Shown: positions 17,585-29,056, numbered from the stretch's first letter. The stretch is 64,000 bases of DNA from an uncultured candidate division Zixibacteria bacterium (GCA_963817915.1 CAWFQL010000012.1:288001-352000), one strand, 5' to 3'. The notes: generated by a model not told the origin, from the sequence alone. Program-made: numbers and translations.

Positions 17585-20582
17585 ATGCGCTGGCAAAAAA
17601 CTCTTATAATTCTAATCGTGAACATATATCCATTGATGTCTCGTGCTGAGGTTGCACAAGTGTCATGGGCCGGGGCATATGTTCTCACAATGTCGAAGAC
17701 AACGCCGGTTATCGATGCAAGGTTGAGCGTGAGCTTGGCGACCAAGACTGACGATGATGTTACGCCTGTCTGGGTCTTTTTTACTGACAAGGGAATTGCT
17801 GATAAGGCGGAATATGCCGACGCCATTAGCGCCTTGGAATCGAAAATGACCTTCGCGGCGTACGAATCGTCGACTGAAAACTCGAGGCAAAAACGATATT
17901 TCCGATTTCAGAGATTTGCCTGTGGATATAAATTACGTTAATCGAGTACTCGGTACGGGAGCTCATTATCGGCAAAATCTTAGATGGTTCAATGCGGTGA
18001 CAGTTGACGCAACACCTGAGCAGATAAGAAAAATCGCGAATTTTCCATTTATCAGGTATATAAGATTGGTAGCCAGCTGTAGGATTGATCATGATGTTGA
18101 TTTGTCGCCAATCTCAGAAAATTCAGAGCTTGTTACTCTGGATTATGGGCCGTCCGCAATTCAGCTAAATCAGATTAACGTCATCCCTGCTCATGAGCTT
18201 GGATTTAAGGGGCAGGGAGTTATTATTTGTATGATGGATGTTGGCTATAAGCAGGGCCATGACGCGTTCCAAAATATCATTAATTCCGGCAGGCTCCTGG
18301 CACAGTATGATTTTATTAATCACGATTACAATACCGATTATGATTCCAATCAAGATGTTCCCGGCCAGGCGGACCATGGGACGCTTACATGGTCAACTTT
18401 GGGGGGAGAAGCATCCGGAAATCTTTATGGGCCGAGCTATATGGCTAGCTTCATCCTGGCGAAAACAGAGGATATATCATCCGAGCATCATATTGAAGAA
18501 GATAATTGGGCAGCCGGGGCTGAGTGGGCAGATTCGATAGGAGCCTCGGTCATATCATCGTCGCTTGGTTATCGCTATTTCGATTCAGGGCAGGGCGATT
18601 ATCAATATAGCGAATTGAACGGCCACACTACTATCGTGGCGATTGCCGCATCCTTAGCGGCCTATAATGGAATTGCAGTCTGCAATGCGATGGGGAATGA
18701 AGGTAATACTCCGGGGTCGTTGATCTCTCCAGCAGACGCCGACTCCATTCTATCTTGCGGGGCGGTTGCTTCCGACCGAACGCTGGCATATTTTTCATCA
18801 TGGGGACCGACCTACGATGGCAGAATCAAGCCCGAAGTTTGCGCCCAGGGTGTGTCGACTGTTTGCGCCGATCCTTACAATTATCACGGATACACAACCG
18901 CCTCAGGAACATCGTTATCTACTCCATTGGTCGGAGGCTCATCGGGAGTGTTGTTATCAGCGCATCCCAATTGGACTCCCTTGATGGTCAGAGAAGCATT
19001 GATGATGACAGCCGACCGGTATGATTCGTCCGGAAATGATTACGGATGGGGCATCATGGATGTATCCAGGGCGTTGTATTATAATCCTCAGGGTGACATA
19101 ATTTTTGATTATCGGCCGACTATTTTTATTGGAATAAATCAACCGTTAACCGTCAATGCCTCTATCACTGGCGGGGCGGGAATTGCCAATGCTTATCTTT
19201 ATTATCGGATAGGAGAAAGCGGCGGCTATAATGAGATTCTGATGACGACATCGGATAATATACATTATTCGGCACAGATACCGGGACAGCCGGGCGGGAC
19301 AATCTATTACTATATTAAGGCGGTTGACGCTAACGGCAAGTATGCATTCAATCCTCTTGGCGGGCAAGCCCATCCATTTACCATAATTCCGGGCGCGCTT
19401 TCATTCATCGATTCATTTGAGAATGGCCTTCAATATTGGAAATCGGGAGGCGCGAACAATTTTTGGGGTTTGACTGCGGCCTATGTTCAATCAGGCAATC
19501 TTAGCATTACCGATTCCCCTACAACCGATTATCGAGATAATACAAATAGCTGGATGCAGTCTCAATTCGGACTTGACTTGACTGGCGTATCATCTGCGAC
19601 TCTTTCGTTTTACTGGCGCGGAATTTTGCAGTCGGGCCACGACACGGTATTTGTCGAGGCCTCTACTAACGGTGGGACAACCTGGAATCGGTTTTCTCAA
19701 TCCCTCACGGGCAGCATGACGAGTTTCACGCAGTATTCTGCCAACCTGAATTCCTATTTCGGCCAGCCTGACGTTCGTCTCAGGTTCCATTTTGTGAGCG
19801 ACGCAGCCACTCGCCGCGAAGGAATTTATATCGATGATATACAGATTACTGAATCAAGGCCTGCTAATATCGCTTATCGGCCATCATCGGTAAGCGATAC
19901 GCTCAGTGAAGGGCAAAACCATAATACGAATATCATAATAAGTAATACCGGGGGAGCCAATCTTATCGTAAACCTGAGCGCTACTGAATTTGGCATGGTT
20001 GCCGGGGCCAAAATTCAAGGTGATACGCCCAGAATTCTAAACACATGGCTGTTTGTTACCCCAGCGGCTGATACTATAGCGAGCGGCGATAGCCTGATTG
20101 CACAAGTAACATTGAACGCCAGCGCGATAGCCCATGGAAATTACTCCGGGCAAGTCCGTTTAGCCTCGAACGATCCCGATTCGGGCCTGATAATCATTCC
20201 CGTAGCTTTGAATGTGGTGGGGACATGTCAATATGTTACCGGCGACGCCAACGGAAATGGCAATTTTAATGGTCTTGACGTTACCTATAGCGTCAATTAC
20301 TTCAAAGGCGGTGCTTCACCAACCTACTCTTGCGAATGCACTCCGGGCCATACTTGGTTTGTCTCCGGCGATGTCAACAACAGCTGCAGCTTCAACGGTC
20401 TTGACGTAACCTACATGGTAAATTACTTCAAGGGCGGAGCAGGCCCGATACCGTGCGTGGATTGTCCTCCGGCGGGACTTGCGCCACCGGCGCAGATTGC
20501 GCCCCCAATTTCTGCGGTTGAGCCAATCATTACGCCGACTCTTAGACCAGACAGGAAAGAAAAAGCGATCAATGTGGAATAA
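17585..20582 (+). CDS. Secreted S8 subtilisin-like serine protease with accessory domains and dockerin-like tail; one frameshift near 17860-17866
   Basis: Triad MDVG / DHGT / GTSLSTP, oxyanion GNEG. The upstream piece (ATG 17585 after GAGGTG; VWVFFTDKG) joins NRRLKTRG..DLPV in the next frame. Confidence 0.88.
20226..20471 (+). repeat. Dockerin-like tail copy 4
   Basis: CQYVTGDANGNGNFNGLDVTYSVNYFKGG..SCECTPGHTW..GDVNNSCSFNGLDVTYMVNYFKGG..PCVDCPP. Confidence 0.9.
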
Positions 20583-20613
20583 TTTAGGGGCATTGAACTA
20601 ATTTAAAGTAATA

Positions 20614-20640
20614 GGGGCGGCTGAAAAGCCGCCCTTTATA
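20614..20640 (+). terminator. Intrinsic terminator
   Basis: GGGCGGCT-GAAA-AGCCGCCC followed by TTTATATTT. Confidence 0.8.
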
Positions 20641-20656
20641 TTTGCCTCAATTCCCG

Positions 20657-20765
20657 TAGCCATTATGTAGCACGGCCTATAACGTCTTGAAAGACAAGGG
20701 CATTCCTGGCTTCAAATCCCAGTCTCTCCGACACTATTTTTCGGCACTTAGGTCATTACGAATCA
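20657..20765 (+). mobile_element. att-like repeat copy 2 with tRNA-Ser 3'-end core (20711-20730)
   Basis: CTGGC-TTCAAAT-CCCAG-TCTCTCC-G; the core is 19/20 identical to copy 1 and both flanks are similar. Confidence 0.65.
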
Positions 20766-20979
20766 TTCATACTCGGGCAGGAAAGTCAATGCCGGCAGAC
20801 ACGCTGGACTCAAAATCCAGGGCTTCTGAGCCCCAAATCGGTTCTATCGCTGAATATCGCATATTTTATTTTTCAAATTTATATTTTAGTATTTGATTTG
20901 GAAGGCGAAAATACCTATAATATAATGTCTTTTGTAGTGGCTTCTTTGTAAAGCGTGTGTTGATCTGCGATCGGGTGGA

Positions 20980-23349
20980 ATGGCGCTAATTCGAAGAGTA
21001 GTTGTATTAATAGCAATTATATGCGGTGCGGCGTATAGCGATACGCTGCCATCTAAATATCATACATTTGCCGGAGCAGTATCCGAGCTCCAGGCACTTG
21101 TTGCGGCAAACCCTTCCATATGTAAATTAGATTCTATTGGTTATTCTCATCGCGATTCGCTTCCATTTTATCAATTCAAGATCTCAGACAATGTCGTGAC
21201 CGATGAGGACGAACCCGCGATCTTCTTCAATGGCGGCGTGCACGCCGACGAGGTACTGGGCGTCGAAGTCGTTCTCAATTTCTGCCATGATATCATTGCA
21301 AAATATAATTCAGGAGATACTGCCATACAGAGGTACATTAATAGCTATGAGATTTTCGTCTTCCCATTCCTGAATCCCGAAGGACATGTGGCGGTTGAAG
21401 ATGGCGATCTCGACTGGCGCAAAAATAAGGCGGATAATAATAATAATGGCCTATTCGATTTTCACGATGGAGTCGACTGCAATCGGAATTTTGATTTTGG
21501 CTGGAATATCGATGATGGGCTGGCGGCGACCACGCCTGAAAGCCTGATGTATAAAGGGCCATTTCCATTCTCCGAGCCTGAATGCGTGGCGGTGCGCGAC
21601 GCTGGAATGAAATATAAACCGATTATCGCGGTTGATTACCATGCGCCAACTTACGGTCTGGGAGAAGTCGCTTATTATTGCTGGTACTGGTACGCGACCG
21701 AGGGCGGCCATGGATTCGCACCCGATGAGGTATCGATGTACCATATTGGTGTCGGATTTGCGGCTTCGATTGTCAACGATAGAGGGGACTCTACATATCA
21801 GGCTCGTCGCGCCTTGGTGAATAAAGGGGATTATAAAACATTTTTTTATGGCAATTTCGGCACGGCGGCCATGGTTTGCGAAATCTCGGATACCACTATT
21901 CAAGATACATCGATGGTTGATTCCATATGCCGACGACATTTGCCAGGAATGTACTATCTGCTCGGCCGCGCCGGATACGCAAGACTAACCGGGGTTGTCA
22001 CGGATTCATTAACGGGCCAGCCACTGGATGCTACAGTAGAGGTGCTTGAAGCCACAAGCCTTGATATAAATCCTCGTCATACGAAGCCCAATACAGGGAG
22101 ATATGACAGATTGATCGATCCCGGCACATATACATTGCGGTTCCAGAAGACCGGCTATACTACAAAAACCGTTAACATGGTCACCGTAAATAATTCTGGA
22201 CCGACAGTCAGGAATGTACAATTGGCTTCGCAATCTATCCCGCCTCAGGCTCCAGTCCTGGTATCGCCGGCAAATGGTACATCATTCGTAGATTCGGTGG
22301 CATTGAATTTCGATTGGAATGATGTTCCCACCGCGACGAGATACATAATTGAAATCGCCAGAGATTCCAGTTTTGCGGATATATTTCAATTCGATTCATT
22401 ATTGACCGCGTCTAATTATAGAAATACGATATCATTTACGCCGTCACGATATTATTGGAGAGTGACTGCCCATAATATTTTTGGTTACTCGCCCTGCAGT
22501 ACAAAATCGTGGTTCGATATTCTTGAAGGTTCACCTCCGGCAGTACCGATATTGCTTTTGCCTTTGAATGGTTCTACTCCGGGAACGCCTCGTCCCCTTT
22601 GCGATTGGAATAACTCAGCCGGAGCAACCGGATATATATTTGAAATCGATACTGATAGCCTGTTCGATCCGCCAGTCGAAGTCGATTCCAATATTATTCC
22701 TTCGCAATATCAGATTGTCGATTCGTTGATGAATGACAGATATTTTTGGCGCGTGACAGCATTCAACGGGCATGGTTTTTCTGCGCGGAGCGCAATATGG
22801 CATTTCGATATTAATATTGGCGATTTACCCGCGATTCCTTCGTTGATTTTACCCGCCGTCGGATTTATTTCCGATAGTGCTTATGTAAATTTTGATTGGT
22901 CGGATATTTCCGGAGCAATCAGATACGCGATACAGATTGATAATGATAGCCTGTTTAATTCTCCAGCAATATCAGATACGAGTATAATTTCTTCTAATTA
23001 TAGGAATATCGATTCGCTAACTAATTCGAACTATTACTGGCATGTGAAGGCAAGGAATGACATTGGATGGTCTGCCTATTCGCCTTCACGGTCTTTTAAT
23101 GTTCAAGTAGATACCGCAATTTTTTATCTCGTTGGAGACGTCAATCATTCAGGCGCGGTAAACGGTCTGGATGTTACCTACCTTGTAAACTTCTTCAAAG
23201 GAGGAACTCCTCCACCTCTTAACATTGATGGTTTATATGTCGAGGCAGACGCTAACGGCAGCTGTACCGTCAATGGCTTAGATGTGACATACCTCGTAAA
23301 TTATTTTAAGGGTGGCCCTTCCCTCATCGATGGGCATTGCATTCATTAA
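20980..23349 (+). CDS. Secreted M14 zinc carboxypeptidase with regulatory-like domain, three Fn3-like repeats and dockerin-like tail
   Basis: HADE (HxxE), WRKN, DCNRNF, DYH, CE; three 'P..P.L..P..G...DW...A..Y...I..DS.F...Y.W.V.A.N..G.S' repeats. Confidence 0.9.
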   Translation: MALIRRVVVLIAIICGAAYSDTLPSKYHTFAGAVSELQALVAANPSICKLDSIGYSHRDSLPFYQFKISDNVVTDEDEPAIFFNGGVHADEVLGVEVVLNFCHDIIAKYNSGDTAIQRYINSYEIFVFPFLNPEGHVAVEDGDLDWRKNKADNNNNGLFDFHDGVDCNRNFDFGWNIDDGLAATTPESLMYKGPFPFSEPECVAVRDAGMKYKPIIAVDYHAPTYGLGEVAYYCWYWYATEGGHGFAPDEVSMYHIGVGFAASIVNDRGDSTYQARRALVNKGDYKTFFYGNFGTAAMVCEISDTTIQDTSMVDSICRRHLPGMYYLLGRAGYARLTGVVTDSLTGQPLDATVEVLEATSLDINPRHTKPNTGRYDRLIDPGTYTLRFQKTGYTTKTVNMVTVNNSGPTVRNVQLASQSIPPQAPVLVSPANGTSFVDSVALNFDWNDVPTATRYIIEIARDSSFADIFQFDSLLTASNYRNTISFTPSRYYWRVTAHNIFGYSPCSTKSWFDILEGSPPAVPILLLPLNGSTPGTPRPLCDWNNSAGATGYIFEIDTDSLFDPPVEVDSNIIPSQYQIVDSLMNDRYFWRVTAFNGHGFSARSAIWHFDINIGDLPAIPSLILPAVGFISDSAYVNFDWSDISGAIRYAIQIDNDSLFNSPAISDTSIISSNYRNIDSLTNSNYYWHVKARNDIGWSAYSPSRSFNVQVDTAIFYLVGDVNHSGAVNGLDVTYLVNFFKGGTPPPLNIDGLYVEADANGSCTVNGLDVTYLVNYFKGGPSLIDGHCIH
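23122..23346 (+). repeat. Dockerin-like tail copy 5 (divergent, two Cys)
   Basis: GDVNHSGAVNGLDVTYLVNFFKGG..ADANGSCTVNGLDVTYLVNYFKGG..HC. Confidence 0.85.
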
Positions 23350-23371
23350 TTAACCCCCCCCAGGAGGTCCG

Positions 23372-26300
23372 ATGCGAATTGCGATCAGAGTTGTATTGAT
23401 GATTCTGGCGCTATTCATGATCGCTCAATCCTCATCGAACAGGGTTGTGCTCAATCAGGCCAATATCGATGTTGCGCCTATGATTATGAATAGTTCTTCC
23501 CAGGCACAAACCAGCCTAAGTTTTAGAATTGCTGGAATTGAAGAAGAGCCGACGGCGGTCGCCGGCATGACCTACCAAAATATTACTGCGATTACACCCA
23601 ATCCGATGAAGTTCGGTGTTACCGGAGAGGAAGGTCTTCCCGAATTGCCCGTATTCGCCCATTTGATTGGGATTCCGGATCAATCAGGCGTTAGAATCGA
23701 AATTTTATCTTCATCATACGAGATCATCGAGAATGTCGATGTCATGCCATCACAGCCATCGCCGGTCGAAGGATCACCAGAGATCCCGCCATTCACCAAG
23801 GATGACGCTTTTTATCAAAAGAATGAATTTTACCCATCGGAAGTGGCGCAATTGGGCGAGCCCATAATATGCCGCGATCTAAGAATGATACAGGTAGAAA
23901 TAAATCCTGTTCAATACAATCCGGTGACAAAACAATTAAAGGTATATACGAGTATTGATTATAATCTCGTCTATGAAGGAACTGATTCAAGGAATATCAA
24001 GATACGACGAAATAACAATATCTCCGAGACGTTTCTGCCATTATATAGATCGCTTATACCCAATGCCGATGAAATGCTGGCAGATTACAATCCAATCAGG
24101 GGCGGATATTTGATTCTTACCCCGGATGCATTCGCAGACACAATCCAGCAACTAGCCCGCTGGAAGCATCTCAAGGGATATTCCGTGGTCGTCACCAGAG
24201 CAACGGAATTGGCGCCATCGGGCACGCCATCATCAAGCCAGATTTTCACTTATATACAGAACGCCTACCAAACTTGGGCAGTCCCGCCCGAATTTGTTTG
24301 TATTGTAGGAGATGAGAGCGGATTAACAACTTATTTTCAGGATTCTCCATATGGTGGCGGTTACGCGTCCGATCAAGACTACTCCTGCGTAGACGGTTCC
24401 GATTATTTATCGGATGTTATGGTAACAAGAATGTCTGTTCCAAATTCAATTGCGACTCTTCGGGTAGCAATGTGGAAAGCTATTAAATATGATAGCGATC
24501 CGTTTATGGGAGATCCCGGTTTCTATGCCAGGGGACTGTCAGTCGGCGGCAATGTCGGCGGCGCGATAACTCCGAGGCTAACAACTTTATGGGTTCGCGA
24601 GCAACTTCTACGTCACGGTTATTCTCAAGTAGATACGGCGTTTTGCACAAGTTCGAGCTGGAGCTGCAATGCTGACCCGCAAATACCATTATCGTTCAAT
24701 AATGGCGTTGGTATCACGAATGTAAGAGGCGCTGGAAGCGCGAGCGGCTGGTGGGCTCCGCCTTTTAATACTGGTAATATAGACCAACTAACGGCGAATA
24801 ACAAGATGGGTGTGCTTGCCGTCTTAACATGCGGGACGGGGCAATTCGGCGAGCCTGATTGTTTTGGCGAGCACTGGATTCGCGCTGGAATTTTACCAAA
24901 TGCGTTGAAAGGAGGCCCGGCATATTATGGAGTTTCCGATGGAAGCACTCATACAAAGTGGAATAACCCCATAATGATCGGGTTCAATTGGGCTTATCTA
25001 GAAGAGGGCATATACAATTTCGCGAGCGCTGCCTTCAGGGGAAAATTAGAGGATTATAATACCTATCCCAGATTCGTAGGACCCGGAAGCTGGGTTGAAC
25101 ATTACTTCCATACATATAATACGCTCGGGGAACCTGAACTCGAAATTAGAACCGCTGCCCCCGTGGCAATGACGGCGACATATACTACTACAATCCCGGT
25201 TGGCTCCAGTATGTTAGCAGTTCATGTTACGGACGCAAGCAGGCCTCTTGTCGGTGCCTATGTTTGCCTTCAAAAGGATGCTGCCGCTCCAGACGGCGAA
25301 GTATTTGTGGGAGGCAGGACAGACAGCAACGGCGACATTACTTTTAATTTCAATACTACTGTCGCCGGCACTATGAATGTCACAATAACATCTCATAACT
25401 ATATTCCCCACAGAGGCACTGTAGCAGTGCAGGCACAGGCGGTTGCCGTCAATATCAATAGCATAGCGCTGGATGACGACAACAGCGGCAATTCATCTGG
25501 CAACAGCGATGGCAATGTTAATCCATCGGAGACCGTGGAGTTCGCAGTTGCCTTAAGGAATTTCGGCAACTCAATTACGGCCACCAATGTCAACGCAACA
25601 TTGACGACGCCAAATTCTGATATCACGATAACGGTTCCGACTCAATCCTACGGCAGTATCGCCCCGGGAGGAATTGCGAATTCCAATAAATTCGCGGCGC
25701 ATTTCGCCAATAATCTCCCCCAGGGTGAGCATTACATACTGCAATTGAATATCACATCCGACCAGGGATCCTGGACGGCCGCGGTACCTGTCGATATCAA
25801 ATCCATGCTGTTTTCATTGCAGGGAATGACATTCCCCAATGATCCCAATAGCAGACTCGACCCCGGCGATTCCTCCCAATTCGTAGTCACATTGCAGAAT
25901 ATCGGTGAGCTTGGCGGAACATCACTGGTCGGTAACCTGACTTGTCCCGACACGGGAGTTGCCATAGTCAGCGGCACCGGCAGCTTTGGGAATATTCCGA
26001 TTGGAGGCTCGGGATCCAATTCAGGCACACCGTTCATAGTTCAAATATCCCCGGAAATGTACCAGGGACATAATCTGAATTTTAACCTGATGATTACATC
26101 CAGCAACGGAAGTGTTACCAACAAGGTGATATCGGTCGTCGCAGGAAATATTGTTTCTACCGATCCCATGGGGCCGGACAACTATGGATATTATATTTAT
26201 GATAATACCGACGCCGCCTTCATGCCATCCCCAATATATAATTGGGTAGAGGTTAGTCCCTATGCCGGAGGTTCCGGAACCAGGGTTGTATTCCCTGGAA

Positions 26301-29023
26301 GTAATACCGACGACAACGCCGAGGTAATTTCGCTTCCATTCAATCTTAAATATTATGGGCAAAATTTCACAAATGTCCTTGTTTGCATCAATGGTTTTGT
26401 CGCTTTCGATACTTCCCGAGTCGACATCGGAGGCAATCACTGGACAGCATTTGACAACAGCCAGATTCCAGAACCGGGAGCTCCCGATGGTATTATAGCG
26501 CCATTCTGGGATGATCTTGAATACACCGGGAATGATGGCGTCTTCAAATACTATGACACCGCCAACAATAGATTCATTCTGGAGTGGAAAAATTGCACTC
26601 ATGCGGGCCAATCGACTCCGTATCCGGAAACATTCCAGATGATAATCTACGATAACAATTTTTACCCCACTCCCACTGGTGATTGCGAAATCGTGTTTCA
26701 ATACCAGGTTGTTTATAACAACGATAACGATACTGATAATCCACTACAGCCGGGACTTTACTGCACTGTGGGAATGCAAAATCTTTCAAATAGTGACGGT
26801 CTTCAATATACATACGATAATTTCTACCATCCGGGCGCAGCAGTACTGGAGGCGGGCCGTGCGATAAAGATAACAACTGCCGTCGGATTGCAGCAGCCGC
26901 CAAACATGGCCTACGACCCATCGTCGTTTGCGAAGAATGCTAATATGGGTCAGATCGTCCTGGATACACTAACAATTTCCAATACGAGCGGCGGCCCACT
27001 TGTATTTTCGCTTAATTCATTTGCCGATAATCGCCTGCTTTCTGAAAATGTAGATAGAAGGAGAATACAGGAAGAATATGCCAATCAGAAACCGATCGGA
27101 TATACGCAATCGATAGGGGCAAAACCCGACGATGCTAATCAGCCAATATATCCGCCGATGCCTCTTAATCAGGGTGGTCCTGATATCTTTGGCAATATTT
27201 GGATTGATTCTGATGAACCCGGGGGACCGTCATATAGTTGGGTCGACATAAGCGGCTCGGGGACACCGGTTTCATTGACAGACGACAGCTTTGCCGGGCC
27301 GATCGATATGGGAATGAATTTCTATTTCTATGGCACGGACTATTCTCAAATTTATATCGGTTCAAATGGCATCGTATCATTTGGCGCAGGGACGAATTCT
27401 TATAGCAATATAAATATACCCAACGCGGCAGACCCGAATAATTTTATTGCCGCATGCTGGGATGATATGAATCCCGGCGCGGGCGGTTCGATCTATTATT
27501 ATCATGATACCGCAAATAATAGATTCATAGTGAGCTATGTTGCCCTTCCGTTCTATTCGGGCGCCGCTGATGCTACATTCGAAATTATACTATATCCCAA
27601 CGGCCGGGTATTAATGGAATATGGTTCGTTGAATCCTGGATCCAGAGGACTAAATCAGCTCACTGTCGGTATTGAGAACGTTGACGGTACCGATGGCCTT
27701 CAGGTAGTAAACAATGCCAATTATTTGCACACCAATATGGCGATATTATATTCTCCCCCCGCCCGGTGGCTTTTGACGAATATTCATGAAGGCATAGTGG
27801 TGGCAGGAATGAGCGCTCCGGCAGTAGTGACATTCGACGCGACCGAATTGCCCGCCGGTATCTATACCGGACACCTTGACCTCGATACCAACGATCCGAA
27901 CCTGGCTTCAGTGGATATTCCCGTGAATTTCAATGTTGGCAATGCTCAACTTCCTAATATTGTTCAGACTCCAAATAGCTTTACGGATACGCTTTATGTC
28001 GGCAACTCTCGGAATCACACGTTGAAGATTAAAAATACTGGGGTGGGAATTTTAACAATCTCGTTTACTCATGTCGGATCATGGATTACAATCGCTCCGG
28101 GACCATACAACATCAATCCAAGCGACAGCCTTATGCAGACACTCACGGTAAATGCTTCCGCGATGTCACCTGGAGCATATTCCGGCAGCATAACTACGCT
28201 GTCAAACGATCCTGATTCCCCATCAATTAATACACCCTTGACACTCCTTGTGCGAAGCTTGCCGCGTCCGCGAATAGATGTAGCATCAACAGGGATAGTG
28301 GATACGTTAAATCAAGGGACTCAGACTACCAGAAATATTAAGATCAGGAATTTGGGCGACGCGCCGCTTATCGTAACTCTAAGCGCCATCGAAAACAGCA
28401 TCGCGCTGCATAATTCAAATGATGCTATCAATCCATTAAATATTTCCGGCAAGAAACCTATCGAAGGACAGATCCAGACTTTAGATAATCAGTCTTATGA
28501 TCCGCCCCTAATTCTGAATACTTGGTTATTCATCAGCCCCGCGGTTGATACTGTTGCGGCTGGAGACAGCATTACGGCGATTGTCACTCTGAATGCTTCC
28601 GCAATCGCTCCCGGTCCCTATCTTGGTCATATCAATTTGGCGTCCAACGACCCAGATTTTCCGTCGATTAATATACAGGTAAATCTACAGGTATTACCGG
28701 CAGGACCCGACTGTATCTATGTTGCGGGCGATGTAAACGGCAACGGAAGTGCCAACGGGCTTGATGTGACGTATGCTGTGAATTTCTTTAAAGGAGGCAG
28801 TGAGCCGCCTATCTCGTGCGATTGCCCACCGCATGGAATCTTTTTCGTCGGCGGAGATGTCAATGGCAGCTGCTCCTTCAACGGTCTGGACGTGACTTAT
28901 ATGGTAAATTACTTCAAAGGCGGTCCCTCCTACGCGCCTTGCGTAGATTGCCCCCCAACGGGAATTGCCCAGCCGGCATCTCCGGTTCAGCCAGTAAAGA
29001 AGCCAGATACAAGTACCAATTAA
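23372..29023 (+). CDS. Large C25 (gingipain-like) peptidase-family protein with propeptide, GGPD modules, Ig-like domains and dockerin-like tail
   Basis: Propeptide (G.PELP, FYP, PVQYNP), LARWKHLKG, IVGD, SDQDY..VDG.DYLSD, LTCGTG, YNTLGEPE; signal peptide; GGAGG RBS. Confidence 0.88.
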   Translation: MRIAIRVVLMILALFMIAQSSSNRVVLNQANIDVAPMIMNSSSQAQTSLSFRIAGIEEEPTAVAGMTYQNITAITPNPMKFGVTGEEGLPELPVFAHLIGIPDQSGVRIEILSSSYEIIENVDVMPSQPSPVEGSPEIPPFTKDDAFYQKNEFYPSEVAQLGEPIICRDLRMIQVEINPVQYNPVTKQLKVYTSIDYNLVYEGTDSRNIKIRRNNNISETFLPLYRSLIPNADEMLADYNPIRGGYLILTPDAFADTIQQLARWKHLKGYSVVVTRATELAPSGTPSSSQIFTYIQNAYQTWAVPPEFVCIVGDESGLTTYFQDSPYGGGYASDQDYSCVDGSDYLSDVMVTRMSVPNSIATLRVAMWKAIKYDSDPFMGDPGFYARGLSVGGNVGGAITPRLTTLWVREQLLRHGYSQVDTAFCTSSSWSCNADPQIPLSFNNGVGITNVRGAGSASGWWAPPFNTGNIDQLTANNKMGVLAVLTCGTGQFGEPDCFGEHWIRAGILPNALKGGPAYYGVSDGSTHTKWNNPIMIGFNWAYLEEGIYNFASAAFRGKLEDYNTYPRFVGPGSWVEHYFHTYNTLGEPELEIRTAAPVAMTATYTTTIPVGSSMLAVHVTDASRPLVGAYVCLQKDAAAPDGEVFVGGRTDSNGDITFNFNTTVAGTMNVTITSHNYIPHRGTVAVQAQAVAVNINSIALDDDNSGNSSGNSDGNVNPSETVEFAVALRNFGNSITATNVNATLTTPNSDITITVPTQSYGSIAPGGIANSNKFAAHFANNLPQGEHYILQLNITSDQGSWTAAVPVDIKSMLFSLQGMTFPNDPNSRLDPGDSSQFVVTLQNIGELGGTSLVGNLTCPDTGVAIVSGTGSFGNIPIGGSGSNSGTPFIVQISPEMYQGHNLNFNLMITSSNGSVTNKVISVVAGNIVSTDPMGPDNYGYYIYDNTDAAFMPSPIYNWVEVSPYAGGSGTRVVFPGSNTDDNAEVISLPFNLKYYGQNFTNVLVCINGFVAFDTSRVDIGGNHWTAFDNSQIPEPGAPDGIIAPFWDDLEYTGNDGVFKYYDTANNRFILEWKNCTHAGQSTPYPETFQMIIYDNNFYPTPTGDCEIVFQYQVVYNNDNDTDNPLQPGLYCTVGMQNLSNSDGLQYTYDNFYHPGAAVLEAGRAIKITTAVGLQQPPNMAYDPSSFAKNANMGQIVLDTLTISNTSGGPLVFSLNSFADNRLLSENVDRRRIQEEYANQKPIGYTQSIGAKPDDANQPIYPPMPLNQGGPDIFGNIWIDSDEPGGPSYSWVDISGSGTPVSLTDDSFAGPIDMGMNFYFYGTDYSQIYIGSNGIVSFGAGTNSYSNINIPNAADPNNFIAACWDDMNPGAGGSIYYYHDTANNRFIVSYVALPFYSGAADATFEIILYPNGRVLMEYGSLNPGSRGLNQLTVGIENVDGTDGLQVVNNANYLHTNMAILYSPPARWLLTNIHEGIVVAGMSAPAVVTFDATELPAGIYTGHLDLDTNDPNLASVDIPVNFNVGNAQLPNIVQTPNSFTDTLYVGNSRNHTLKIKNTGVGILTISFTHVGSWITIAPGPYNINPSDSLMQTLTVNASAMSPGAYSGSITTLSNDPDSPSINTPLTLLVRSLPRPRIDVASTGIVDTLNQGTQTTRNIKIRNLGDAPLIVTLSAIENSIALHNSNDAINPLNISGKKPIEGQIQTLDNQSYDPPLILNTWLFISPAVDTVAAGDSITAIVTLNASAIAPGPYLGHINLASNDPDFPSINIQVNLQVLPAGPDCIYVAGDVNGNGSANGLDVTYAVNFFKGGSEPPISCDCPPHGIFFVGGDVNGSCSFNGLDVTYMVNYFKGGPSYAPCVDCPPTGIAQPASPVQPVKKPDTSTN
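28712..28957 (+). repeat. Dockerin-like tail copy 6
   Basis: CIYVAGDVNGNGSANGLDVTYAVNFFKGG..SCDCPP..GDVNGSCSFNGLDVTYMVNYFKGG..PCVDCPP. Confidence 0.9.
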
Positions 29024-29056
29024 ATTCAGATGAATTAGCGCAATTGTGACAAGGAA

